A stretch of DNA of 31,169 nucleotides, from positions 1 through 31,169 of the IMG/VR virus record IMGVR_UViG_3300032318_000128. One strand, 5' to 3'. The notes below the pieces were generated by a model, which worked only from the letters and a program-made list of their open reading frames with translations, ran no database searches and had not been told where the DNA came from. Below, piece by piece: positions 9,452 through 18,211 of this stretch. A program made the translations under genes and the position numbers. This stretch comes from a virus. Lineage: Duplodnaviria; Caudoviricetes. Position 1 is the first letter of the stretch, and every line of letters begins with the position of its first letter.

Positions 9452-10539
9452 AGGGATACCTTTATGCGGCTGATTTCGCCGCGCTGCTTGTGGAATGTTA
9501 TGGCCTGCATCTGAGCCTGCGACCCATAGGCGTTGGACGCTGAGTAGAAATCTCTGGGGGTGACAGGCCGCAACTGTTCAACTTGGACACCACCTATATC
9601 CTGCATCTTAGCGTGATGCAAATGACCCGTGAAGTAAAAGCGAAACCGCGTCCTTCCCCACATGTCTGGCCACTCAAGCGCGAGGTGCATTACCAAACGC
9701 TCTGCCTTGGCCTTGTCCCCGTGGTGAGCCGCGAGAAGGCACAGTCCAAATTCCATAACAAAAAAGTCGCCAAAGTTTTTCTGGACCTCAATGCGCGGAT
9801 TTTCCCTGTATCTCTGCCCCATGGCAAACATCACGGCCAGATAGGCATCTCGGTCGTGGTTTCCTTGGATAACGGATACCAATACCTTTTCATGTTTTGT
9901 GGCTGCAATCTCAATGGCTGCAGCCAAGGCGTCTATGGCGACCTCAATGGTCTGGTCAATCCGAGTGTCAACGTCCAATACGTGGCCGCTCTGCGTTGTA
10001 TTTGTGTTGTCGTTGTGGTGGAGAAAATCACCGCCCACAAGAACAACTCCGAACTTTGAAGACGGTGCCGCAGATACGCATTTTGCCACGCCCTGAACCA
10101 GCCTATTCGCGGCTATGGCCGTCGTGTAATCCTCGCCAGAGTCTTCTTTGCGCGCTCTCATGCCGATGTGCGCGTCAAATAGGGGATACACTGTTAGAAG
10201 GTCGTCACTGTGCGTATCAATTTGTGTAATTTCAGGTATCGGGCCAATTTCACTCATGGCATCCCTGACGCGCTCAATCATACTCTGCGTCAGGTCATCC
10301 TTGGGCATTTTAAAGTAGAGAGATGCCTTCTCGGTCTTTAGCCATCCAGAGTGCAGGATTTCAGTGTCCTGCATCCCCGCGCCTGACATCGCATCAAGAA
10401 CGGCGGGGTCAATACTTTTTTCTGCGCGCCGTATAAGTTCTCTGGCAGTACTTTCATCTAGGCCTAAACGTCTGGCAACTTCTTTTTTGCTGCCGCACTC
10501 CAGATAGATGTCATACGCCTCTTTTTGGCGGGGCGTCAC
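9448..10539 (-). CDS. HTH plus calcineurin-like metallophosphoesterase
   Basis: 363 aa. N-terminal HTH (SKKEVARRLGL), then DAH, GGDFLH, GNHD, HHGD and GHLHH metal-binding motifs. Confidence 0.85.
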   Translation of the reverse strand: MTPRQKEAYDIYLECGSKKEVARRLGLDESTARELIRRAEKSIDPAVLDAMSGAGMQDTEILHSGWLKTEKASLYFKMPKDDLTQSMIERVRDAMSEIGPIPEITQIDTHSDDLLTVYPLFDAHIGMRARKEDSGEDYTTAIAANRLVQGVAKCVSAAPSSKFGVVLVGGDFLHHNDNTNTTQSGHVLDVDTRIDQTIEVAIDALAAAIEIAATKHEKVLVSVIQGNHDRDAYLAVMFAMGQRYRENPRIEVQKNFGDFFVMEFGLCLLAAHHGDKAKAERLVMHLALEWPDMWGRTRFRFYFTGHLHHAKMQDIGGVQVEQLRPVTPRDFYSASNAYGSQAQMQAITFHKQRGEISRIKVSL

Positions 10540-10733
10540 TTACATGCCGCGTCAATCATCATAATCAGACGCGCCCCCGTAATTACGGATGCGTCTCCGC
10601 CATCCTTTGCCAATGCGGCGGCGTGACTTGTTCTGGCGGAAGATGTACCATCACACAGCGCGCTATTGTTTACCGCGCTCCCGCAGCCAGTCACGAAGCA
10701 CAGCAGGGTCATCACTGATATTGTTTTCAACAT
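10536..10733 (-). CDS. Outer-membrane lipoprotein spanin (o-spanin, Rz1-like)
   Basis: Start moved to MLKTIS (ATG 10733, AAAGGA upstream), 65 aa. Signal peptide with lipobox VTGC. Overlaps the 3' end of the i-spanin gene in another frame. Confidence 0.75.
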   Translation of the reverse strand: MLKTISVMTLLCFVTGCGSAVNNSALCDGTSSARTSHAAALAKDGGDASVITGARLIMMIDAACK

Positions 10734-10884
10734 TGTCAATTTCCTTTCGGGTTTTGGCATATGTTTCTGCCGTCTTGAGAGCGGTCTGCTGACGTTGGTC
10801 ACGCTTCCCCGCCATCCACGCAGCAAAAATGATCGCTGCAGCGCCTGCGGCCCAGATAGCCGCCTTTCTGATCCACCCAAACAT
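10663..10884 (-). CDS. Inner-membrane spanin (i-spanin, Rz-like)
   Basis: 73 aa. One N-terminal TM helix then a charged helical region. Directly after the endolysin. Confidence 0.75.
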   Translation of the reverse strand: MFGWIRKAAIWAAGAAAIIFAAWMAGKRDQRQQTALKTAETYAKTRKEIDNVENNISDDPAVLRDWLRERGKQ

Positions 10885-11576
10885 CAGCGGTCACCATCCG
10901 CCCACTTGCGCAGGCGCTCACGCATAATCCACACGGCTGCCAGTGCCACGATGCCACAAAACACCAAAGCCACAATCTGGGCTGTCCCACTGAGCGCAGA
11001 CACCGCAGACACACCACCAGCGCCAGCAGACGCAATTTGAATGAAGCCAGCCTGCATGGTGGTCGATTCCATCGGTGTGTCGCGTGGCGCGTCGGGTATA
11101 GCGGTGGTTTCGTCGGCTTGAGGTGCAAAACCCACGGGCGTCAGGAATAGTGCGCGTTCAGCGGCGCGGCGGCGCGTCAGTCCAGCCAAGACCTTGCCGC
11201 CAGCCTTATTCCACATCAGGATCGCGTCAGCGGCCTTTGCCTTGTCGCCAGCGTTGAAATGGCGCAATGCAGATGACTTTTTGAATGCGCCACTGCCGAT
11301 GTTGTACGCCAGAGACACAAACGCGCCAAACTCATTTTCATTGATGGGCTGGGTGATGGTGGGCTTGATTGCCGCCGCAAACTTTTCGATTGCCAGCTTC
11401 AGGTATTTCTCAGCCCCACCCTGCGTGATGGTCGTGCCTTCCCTTGGGTCAATGCCCACAGCAGCGGCTGCCGTTGTCCCGTAGCCAATGGTCCAGATGC
11501 CCGCTGGGCATTTGTATGCCGTCAGCTTGCAGCCCTCAAACTGCTTAATAATTTCCAACGATGCTTGGTTGATCAT
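10884..11576 (-). CDS. Endolysin, GH24 lysozyme with C-terminal hydrophobic anchor
   Basis: 230 aa. FEGCKLTAYKCPAGIWTIGYG gives the E-x8-C-x5-T triad. AYNIG and GLTRRRAAERALF also present. C-terminal hydrophobic helix IVALVFCGIVALAAVWIM. Confidence 0.93.
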   Translation of the reverse strand: MINQASLEIIKQFEGCKLTAYKCPAGIWTIGYGTTAAAAVGIDPREGTTITQGGAEKYLKLAIEKFAAAIKPTITQPINENEFGAFVSLAYNIGSGAFKKSSALRHFNAGDKAKAADAILMWNKAGGKVLAGLTRRRAAERALFLTPVGFAPQADETTAIPDAPRDTPMESTTMQAGFIQIASAGAGGVSAVSALSGTAQIVALVFCGIVALAAVWIMRERLRKWADGDR

Positions 11577-11797
11577 TTGCGTAACGCCCTTTCAATGTCA
11601 TCTAATTTCAGGAAGACAGCCTTGAAGCTTTCCTGTATTTGCTTAAACTCGCGGTCGTGCGCCTCTTTGTTAGCCGTCGCGGTGGCTTTTAACACAGCAA
11701 TGTCTGTGGAATGTGACTGTTGCCGATTATACATGGCAAACATGATAGCAATTACAGGTGCAACCGCCCATTTCATTAAAAACTCAACAACATCCAT
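11573..11797 (-). CDS. Putative holin / small membrane protein
   Basis: 74 aa. Single N-terminal hydrophobic helix plus coiled coil, immediately upstream of the endolysin. Confidence 0.55.
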   Translation of the reverse strand: MDVVEFLMKWAVAPVIAIMFAMYNRQQSHSTDIAVLKATATANKEAHDREFKQIQESFKAVFLKLDDIERALRK

Positions 11798-13953
11798 TAT
11801 GCTGAAACCCCCTTGATGATGGTAAAGTTGACGATTGGCGTGTCAGACGCAACTCCAGCAACGGAAGCCATTGTAATCTGAAACGAGGTGGCCGCAGTGA
11901 TTGCGGTGACAGAGGCCGTATAGGTGTTAGTTGCCCCACGAACCGACAACACAACCGTGTCGGTGACCGCGATGCCTGTATTTGGCACGGTAAATGAAAA
12001 GTAAGTCCCCACAACGGGTGCGGCTGTAAATAGAGTCAGCGCACCCGACTTGCTATTTCCCGTTGTGGCGAACGAAGTTGTGCGGCTTGTCAGTTGCTGT
12101 GCTGGTGCCACGCCCGCACCCGTGGAGTAGCCCACGCCGCCTGTACCAGAGGACAGGACGCTGGTTGATGCGGTGACGGTGGTGAATGCTCCAGTCGATG
12201 GCGTTGTCGCCCCGACCGTGCCATTTAGAGCGGCTGCGGTGATTGTTGGCCCAGTGCCAAGGACAACAGCGCCAGTGCCTGTTAGGGATTGAAAGTCGGT
12301 GAAGCCAGCCTCCCAGTCGGCGGCTGTGGTCAGGGTGGTGCCAATACAGGTCACCATTGCGCTCAAGCCAGCGATGATGGATATTACAAGGTTGCCGCCA
12401 GACGAGTTGACGGTGAGGGTTCCTGTTGAGTTATTGGCAATGTGGAACGACCAGCCAGTGCCTATCGTTGAGGTGACGGGCAGTGTAATCGTTTGGTTCA
12501 GCGTCCCAGTGAACACCTGAAATTGGCTGCTTGCACTGGTAAAGACGGTTGTGCCAGTGGCTGTGGCTGTTGTCGTGAAGCCCATCAAAACAGCCGCTGC
12601 GGCAGGCGCTGTGGTAACACCAGTGCCTCCCCCAGCAACAGGGAGTGTACCATACGCAGGCGGAGCGGAAGGGCCTCCAGACACAATGGTTTGGCCCGAT
12701 GTGCCGTAGTTTGCGCCGCCAATACCAATCTGTCCCGCAGAACCAATACGCATACGCTCGTTAGCATCAACACCACCACCAGCAGCGTCACGAGTGCCAA
12801 AGGTCAGGGAGGTGTCAGGGCTAACATCTTCTGAAACAGCCGAGATGTAAGCACCAACACCCGCAGTAGGTGTGTTGATATCGGATACAAAGAACTCAAT
12901 TGTGCCAGATGGTTGTCCAGCTAAAACGGTGGTATCCGCGTCAGTAATTCTTACTGTAGCTGCTGTACCAGAGCTAGTGTACATCGTCCCAGAACCTACG
13001 GTCTGAGAGACGCTAACAGTGTAGGTTCCAGCGCCCCCAGTTGTTCCAGAGTTCTGAGAAACAATTCTAGTAATTGGAGAAACCCCAACGCCGTAAAGAC
13101 GGTCACCAACTGCAATGGTGTTAGCAACAACCGTCACAACGGTCAGCGTAGTGCCAGTTATGGAGGCGGTAGTTATTGTAGCTATGGCAGTTGTGTTGCC
13201 TTCCACATGAAGCTGGACAGTAGGCGAACTTGTCCCAATACCTACACAATTATTAGTTGCATTGACAAATAGTGTGTTTGTATCAACAGTCAGGTTACCA
13301 GAGAAAGTACCTGTAGTTCCTGCAATCGTAGATGTAGTAGTTGCACCGATTGGTGTCCCGTCAATCGCCCCGCCTGTGATTGCCACGGCGTTTGCGTTTT
13401 GCGTAGACATCGTGCCAAGGCCAAGGTTGGTTCTGGCCCCAGCGGCATCAGACGCGCCTGTTCCGCCATCGGCAACCGCAAGATCGGTAATACCCGTGAT
13501 TGACCCGCCTGTAATCGCCACGGCATTGGCGTTCTGGGTTGACATCGTACCAAGACCAAGGTTGGTTCTGGCGTTTGCTGCGTTAGACGCGCCCGTTCCG
13601 CCGTCTGCCACAGCAAGATCAGTAATACCCGTGATGGAGCCACCAGTGATCGCCACGGCATTGGCGTTTTGCGTGGAGATAGTGCCAAGGCCCGTGATGT
13701 CGGTGTTTGGGATCGTGGCTGATGCTGTAAATGGGGTGGTGCCGCTTCCCTTGACGTAACCAGTCAAAGTGGTGACCCCCGTACCGCCCTGAGAAACCAA
13801 AACTGGAATTGTGTAGGATGTGTTGAACCTTATAGCTTCAGCAATTTGGTTTAGGCTGATCTTGACGGATGTGCCAGCCTGCACGCCTTCAAAGAGTTCA
13901 GCGCCAGCCAGAGACGTTACGGCGGGGAGGTTTGGTATCTGTACGTTAGACAT
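11797..13953 (-). CDS. Tail fibre protein
   Basis: 718 aa, Thr/Gly/Ala-rich. GGTGA and ARTNLGLG repeats, VGIGTSSP and ERMRI fibre motifs. Confidence 0.85.
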   Translation of the reverse strand: MSNVQIPNLPAVTSLAGAELFEGVQAGTSVKISLNQIAEAIRFNTSYTIPVLVSQGGTGVTTLTGYVKGSGTTPFTASATIPNTDITGLGTISTQNANAVAITGGSITGITDLAVADGGTGASNAANARTNLGLGTMSTQNANAVAITGGSITGITDLAVADGGTGASDAAGARTNLGLGTMSTQNANAVAITGGAIDGTPIGATTTSTIAGTTGTFSGNLTVDTNTLFVNATNNCVGIGTSSPTVQLHVEGNTTAIATITTASITGTTLTVVTVVANTIAVGDRLYGVGVSPITRIVSQNSGTTGGAGTYTVSVSQTVGSGTMYTSSGTAATVRITDADTTVLAGQPSGTIEFFVSDINTPTAGVGAYISAVSEDVSPDTSLTFGTRDAAGGGVDANERMRIGSAGQIGIGGANYGTSGQTIVSGGPSAPPAYGTLPVAGGGTGVTTAPAAAAVLMGFTTTATATGTTVFTSASSQFQVFTGTLNQTITLPVTSTIGTGWSFHIANNSTGTLTVNSSGGNLVISIIAGLSAMVTCIGTTLTTAADWEAGFTDFQSLTGTGAVVLGTGPTITAAALNGTVGATTPSTGAFTTVTASTSVLSSGTGGVGYSTGAGVAPAQQLTSRTTSFATTGNSKSGALTLFTAAPVVGTYFSFTVPNTGIAVTDTVVLSVRGATNTYTASVTAITAATSFQITMASVAGVASDTPIVNFTIIKGVSA
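13369..13692 (-). repeat. 135-bp (45-aa) tandem repeat, about 2.4 copies, in the tail fibre
   Basis: GLGT(I/M)STQNANAVAITGG units start at 13692, 13557 and 13422, exactly 135 nt apart. Confidence 0.95.
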
Positions 13954-14024
13954 CAGATTGGTCCTATCTCTGGTAGCGTTGCGTCATCATACACCAAGAT
14001 ATTACCGTTGTCACATAGTGCATT
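13953..14024 (-). pseudogene. Degenerate duplicate of the 3' region of the 188-aa gene
   Basis: Reads NALCDNGNILVYDDATLPEIGPI-stop and aligns without gaps to NAPGDNDPGLPYGNTEVPEVGFP (15938 downward). Its TGA overlaps the fibre ATG. Confidence 0.7.
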
Positions 14025-15798
14025 AACGTGGGTCAACAGTATTTTCGCTGTAAAACTCAACGAGGTTTTGTGTTGTGAATATGAGGTTTGCTGTGTCAAA
14101 TGTAATCGTAATCACGCCACCCGCGCTAATCGTAACGCTGTCAATTAAAATACCCTCAGTTGAGGCAATGGCATACGAAACGTGGTTTGCTGCCGTGGTG
14201 CTACTTGACATAACCATTGTTAATTGAGTGTGATCGGTTTGATCGTAACCTCCAGTTTGGTTTCTAAATCCGCCGATAAACACACGCATATTTACGTAAT
14301 TGCTAGTGGTAAAATCACTCATGTTAATTGCAAGCGTGTGGTTATTTAAATTATCTCCTGCTGGAGTGTACGTCAGCAGGCTGCTCGGTAGGATTGACCA
14401 GCCCTTATAAAACAAAGGCTCGTTCGCTGCATCCAAGTTATCCGTGCTAAATGAGTCAACACCACTGATTGTTGATTTGATTGAGCCAACATCACTATTG
14501 TAGTAAGAAAATGAAACCCCAGACAGGTTTTGGCTCCCAATATACCTTCCACCAAAAATAAAGTTGAAGGCATCTGTGATTGCGACAGATTCGCCACCAA
14601 CAATGTCAACAAAATGCCCCCCAATATAGGTGTTCTGCCTGCCATTTGAGGCTACTAATGATTTACCACCATTACCTTCAATATTGATGTTAAGAAATGT
14701 GTTGTAGTTGTTCTCACTACTGCCACCTGGGCCAGTGAAGGGGCTGACGACCCACCCATCGCCACCATTAGAAACGCTAGCTGGTGAAATCCAAGTAGTC
14801 GCATTCATGAATGAGCGGTCTGTTGTCGCAGTTCCGTCCCAATAAAAACCTTTGTTACCATTAGTGACAGACGATAGCTGATTGAAGGTTGCGCGAGTGA
14901 CCTGATAGTTTACACCGTATGGATTGGATAGGGAAGATATTGTTGTGCTTGCTCCAGAAGTTCCACCCGTTACAGTCTCTGCAACGGTAAAAAATCCAGC
15001 GGTTCCGCCCATATTGCACTTAATGAGGCGAATAACATTGCCAGTAATGCGCTCCACAACACCATTTTTGCCAGATGAGGCACCCGTCACAGTTTCACCG
15101 ACTTGGAAACCAGCAGAACTTGCAACTGTTAAATACTGTCTAGATGAAACACCAAGGTAAAATCCATAAGAGCCGCAGTTTTTAGCAACGAGGTACTCAT
15201 GGTATGCCCCCTGACCGCGAGTAAAAACAAAACCAGCATCAGGTGCGCCGTTAACAGTCAAGCCTGAAATCCCCGCGCAGTTCGTGGCAATGACTGTGTT
15301 ATCAACAACAGCGCCATCGGCAACGGTGCGGCATGGCACAAAGTTTCCGCCATTCGGCACAAACCATGGTTCGCTTAAGTGATATGAGGCTGGCGGAATT
15401 AACAAAGAATGGACATCATTGTCATTGCAATAAGTGGATGCTGCCAGAAACGCAGCGTAGTCATCGGTTACGCCGTCACCAACAGCGCCGAACGCCTGAA
15501 CGTTTGCGGTCAAAGAATAAAGCTTAACGCCACCCGCTGTTGTAATGCTCTGGTTGGTTGCTCCAGAGGCAACTACCTGATAGCTAAAATTCTCTGCACG
15601 GGTCTGAATAATGTTACCAACGGTAACGGTGTCGTTTGAGCCTGCGGTATATGTCAGGGTTGTATTTGCAAGCAGGGATGCAACGTCAGACACAGATTTT
15701 GCGTTTTGGGATTGTAGGACATTGATGTCGCCAGCGTTTCCGTTGAGGACTGCCCGAACACTCGAAAGCTGTTGACCGTTATTGAAAGTTTGAGCCAT
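14023..15798 (-). CDS. Tailspike / depolymerase-like beta-helix protein (pectate-lyase-like)
   Basis: 591 aa. VQAFGAVGDGVTDDYAAF motif precedes Asn/Gly-rich beta-helix repeats. Inserted GETVTG repeats. Visibly AT-richer than the capsid genes. Confidence 0.8.
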   Translation of the reverse strand: MAQTFNNGQQLSSVRAVLNGNAGDINVLQSQNAKSVSDVASLLANTTLTYTAGSNDTVTVGNIIQTRAENFSYQVVASGATNQSITTAGGVKLYSLTANVQAFGAVGDGVTDDYAAFLAASTYCNDNDVHSLLIPPASYHLSEPWFVPNGGNFVPCRTVADGAVVDNTVIATNCAGISGLTVNGAPDAGFVFTRGQGAYHEYLVAKNCGSYGFYLGVSSRQYLTVASSAGFQVGETVTGASSGKNGVVERITGNVIRLIKCNMGGTAGFFTVAETVTGGTSGASTTISSLSNPYGVNYQVTRATFNQLSSVTNGNKGFYWDGTATTDRSFMNATTWISPASVSNGGDGWVVSPFTGPGGSSENNYNTFLNINIEGNGGKSLVASNGRQNTYIGGHFVDIVGGESVAITDAFNFIFGGRYIGSQNLSGVSFSYYNSDVGSIKSTISGVDSFSTDNLDAANEPLFYKGWSILPSSLLTYTPAGDNLNNHTLAINMSDFTTSNYVNMRVFIGGFRNQTGGYDQTDHTQLTMVMSSSTTAANHVSYAIASTEGILIDSVTISAGGVITITFDTANLIFTTQNLVEFYSENTVDPR

Positions 15799-15800
15799 GT

Positions 15801-16367
15801 CTAATCACTCCATATATAGCTATCATCCCACAAGGATGCGTCATCCCATGGGTTTCTAAGGCTGGCCCCTGGAAAGCCAACCTCTGGAACTTCAGTGTTA
15901 CCATATGGTAAACCTGGGTCATTGTCACCTGGTGCATTTGGATCAGTGCCAGGGAAGTTATTAAGGCTTCCATTGGCAAAGCCTGTCTGCTGTGTGACGC
16001 GCCTCTTATCATCCTGAGTGATGCGGTTTTCGCCTTCTGGCACCATTAGGCCTGTTTTGAGATTCATGGTCGCAGGCAGGCTTGTCAGACGGTAATTTGT
16101 CTCAGCGCGCTCAAATTGTTCTGGGCGCGGGTTCAGGATTGGCACGGGGTCTGCGGGCAGCACAATTGCGCGAAGCTGCTGCTGCGGGTTATCCGTGCAG
16201 TGACTGCACACCAAAATGCGCTTGTTGATAATAGAAGCCCCAGCCCAATCATACTGCCACGACAGGCTTGAATGGTTGTATCGGCCACCGCAGCGATCAC
16301 AAATAGCGTGCGCCTGCGGGTTTGTCCGCGACGTTCTCGCCTTACCTGATCTCGATGCGTATCCCAT
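15801..16367 (-). CDS. Conserved phage virion-module protein with CxxC...CxxC zinc ribbon
   Basis: 188 aa. ICDRCG...LVCSHCTD.PQ and DPVPILNPRPE. Confidence 0.8.
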   Translation of the reverse strand: MGYASRSGKARTSRTNPQAHAICDRCGGRYNHSSLSWQYDWAGASIINKRILVCSHCTDNPQQQLRAIVLPADPVPILNPRPEQFERAETNYRLTSLPATMNLKTGLMVPEGENRITQDDKRRVTQQTGFANGSLNNFPGTDPNAPGDNDPGLPYGNTEVPEVGFPGASLRNPWDDASLWDDSYIWSD

Positions 16368-17047
16368 TACCTAAAATAACCCCCCACCATTGGTGAGATA
16401 AACATGCCGACATTTTCTACATCTTGGTTGGATGCGATCATATAGCTTTCGTCAGCCTGACCCTTGAGCGCAGGAGCCATTTGTGGGTTCCAGATGCGTG
16501 CAAGGCGGTACGTCAGGCCGTCAGCAAAGCATTCTAGCCATCTGTAGGGAATTTCTACATTTTCGCCATTCTGCAGGTTTGAGTCCTGAACTTGGCGGAC
16601 GCGGTAATATTTCAGGATTGTGGCTGACGTGCCATCGGGGACAGGCCACAGCGTGATGGTGGGCGAGATCAGGCGGTCATACCAGAATGACGTGGTAAAG
16701 CCCTGCTGCTCCTTGTTTGGGTACGAGGCGTATTCCGTGCGGCTGATAGGCATAATGATGCGGTCAATGCCCTGATCTGTGGTGGTGTAGGCGTCTAAGA
16801 TCATCACCGTGTTTGGCTGAACCGCATACGTTGACTGGCCTTCAATCAGAGGCGTCTCAATCAGGTCAACGGCCCAAAGGTTGACCCCCTGGTTCGACCA
16901 GCGGGACAGCATCATGTTTGTCGCCATGCGGGCGGTATCCATATGCTCTTGCAATAATGCCGTCGGGCGGATGCCCAAATTCATGTATGCATAAAGCACG
17001 ATCTCGCCCAGACCTGGGTTGAATGTATATGTGCCGCTGGTTGTCAT
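16367..17047 (-). CDS. Head-tail adaptor-like virion protein
   Basis: 226 aa. MTTSGTYTF start, W.NQGVNLW, ISRTEY..YPNK, LWPVPD. Same overall pattern as podophage adaptors. Confidence 0.65.
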   Translation of the reverse strand: MTTSGTYTFNPGLGEIVLYAYMNLGIRPTALLQEHMDTARMATNMMLSRWSNQGVNLWAVDLIETPLIEGQSTYAVQPNTVMILDAYTTTDQGIDRIIMPISRTEYASYPNKEQQGFTTSFWYDRLISPTITLWPVPDGTSATILKYYRVRQVQDSNLQNGENVEIPYRWLECFADGLTYRLARIWNPQMAPALKGQADESYMIASNQDVENVGMFISPMVGGYFR

Positions 17048-17051
17048 TATC

Positions 17052-17306
17052 TCAACACTTCCATGCTTTTAGGGACAGCGCTTTGCGTGTGGGCTTTCCG
17101 CTGTCGTCCTTCATCGGGCCTTCCATGCCAGACATTCTAGCACAGAAAGACTTCTTCCTTGAAGCGTCTTTTTCAGTCTTTGGGTTTGGCGCTGGCGGCT
17201 TCAGGTTCATGCCCTGAGCCTTGGCCGACGCCCTACCCTTTGCATTTAGTCCGCCCTCCTTATTTTTTCCCTCGCTACGCTGCCAAGCGGGCGTTTTGTA
17301 AGCCAT
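17052..17306 (-). CDS. Small basic phage protein (DUF6321-like, from recall)
   Basis: Start moved to MAYKTPAWQR (ATG 17306, GGAG upstream), 84 aa. EGGLNAKGRAS...RKKSFCARM...AWKC. Confidence 0.8.
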   Translation of the reverse strand: MAYKTPAWQRSEGKNKEGGLNAKGRASAKAQGMNLKPPAPNPKTEKDASRKKSFCARMSGMEGPMKDDSGKPTRKALSLKAWKC

Positions 17307-17838
17307 TTGCTTTCTCCGATACAGCGGCGCACAGCGCCAAGAAAAGTTCAGGTTCAAGGTTGCTCTTGGCTACATTAGCGGCGCGACACACAAGTTGCAC
17401 GTTCTCTTTTGAATACCCAAGAGAAGAGTTTATTCTATCTATGCTTGCGTTGGTAGGAACAACTCCTTCTCCAAGCTTCATGGTCATGACCCATCCAGTT
17501 AGCGCGCACTTTCCAAGTTGTTTTTCCCAAATTTGCTCAAGGTAACTGGCATCAATAGATGCCCCCAAACGGCGGCGGGCCTTGGCAAGCAGATATTGCA
17601 TATAAGCCCTAACGGAGCGAGTTCTTATATGCGCTGAATGCGACAGCTTTTCAGGGCCGTAAGTATTTTTGTGGTATGAAGACATTTTAGTTTTTGAGCA
17701 AACTTTGCACCAAGAGTTGTATTTTGCTGAACCATCAACCTTAACGCCAGTGGTGTAAAACCCGTCAATAGGCTTTATTTCCCCACATTTTGTGCAGGGT
17801 TTCAAGCCGTCAGGCCGTATGGTGCTTTTTAAAGGCAT
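17275..17838 (-). CDS. Free-standing HNH-type homing endonuclease
   Basis: 187 aa. N-terminal CTKC/CKVC zinc finger, and KCALTG...SIDRINSSLGY..ENVQLVC..AN.AK nuclease core. AT-richer than its flanks. Confidence 0.85.
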   Translation of the reverse strand: MPLKSTIRPDGLKPCTKCGEIKPIDGFYTTGVKVDGSAKYNSWCKVCSKTKMSSYHKNTYGPEKLSHSAHIRTRSVRAYMQYLLAKARRRLGASIDASYLEQIWEKQLGKCALTGWVMTMKLGEGVVPTNASIDRINSSLGYSKENVQLVCRAANVAKSNLEPELFLALCAAVSEKANGLQNARLAA

Positions 17839-17882
17839 CAGTCTTTCCCTTCAGCGCGCTGCCATGCGGGTGTCTTTGCCAT
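17838..17882 (-). pseudogene. 14-codon relic (mini-ORF) of the original 5' end of the DUF6321-like gene
   Basis: ATG GCA AAG ACA CCC GCA TGG CAG CGC GCT GAA GGG AAA GAC TGA = MAKTPAWQRAEGKD-stop. TAATG-coupled upstream and TGATG-coupled to the HNH gene. Confidence 0.88.
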
Positions 17883-18190
17883 TACCTAATACCAGCCTGT
17901 ACGATGTACGCCGTAACCGTGCCGCTGCCAGACGTGACGTTGATCGACAGCGCATGGTGTGGGACCGTGATCGAGCCATTGGTGGATGCGGTCTTGGCCG
18001 AAAATCCAGCGTCAACAGCCCACACAGATGGGGTTACCACTGACGGGTCATCCATCGAAATTTCGATGTTGAAGGTGGCCGTGCCAGTTACAACAGTGAC
18101 AAGGCCGACGTTGAATGGATTTTGGAAACTGTCAGATGCGATGACCGCGCTCCGCCCAGTGCCAGTTTTTGAAATTGTGACGGGGGTCAT
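17882..18190 (-). CDS. Small beta-rich virion protein
   Basis: 102 aa, Thr/Ser/Val-rich. AGGAG RBS upstream. Confidence 0.8.
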   Translation of the reverse strand: MTPVTISKTGTGRSAVIASDSFQNPFNVGLVTVVTGTATFNIEISMDDPSVVTPSVWAVDAGFSAKTASTNGSITVPHHALSINVTSGSGTVTAYIVQAGIR

Positions 18191-18211
18191 CGTATTCTCC
18201 TATAAGATTGA

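Noticed and set aside
13440-13620. VADGG in the tail-fibre repeats as members of the GG-linker family
   Set aside because: They are part of the common LAVADGGTGA fibre repeat, lack the basic or aromatic first residue and do not separate unrelated domains.
13369-13692. Tandem repeat as a CRISPR array or diversity-generating retroelement repeat
   Set aside because: In-frame coding repeats with synonymous differences, no unique spacers, and no cas or reverse transcriptase gene in the window.
13964-14023. 19-codon ORF MHYVTTVISWCMMTQRYQR after the tailspike stop
   Set aside because: Too short to support. The alternative frame explains the region better as a relic of the 188-aa gene end.
17275-17882. 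Group I intron or intein carrying the HNH gene
   Set aside because: There is no non-coding space for a ribozyme core, there are no intein terminal residues, and the disrupted gene is restored by a duplicated start instead.
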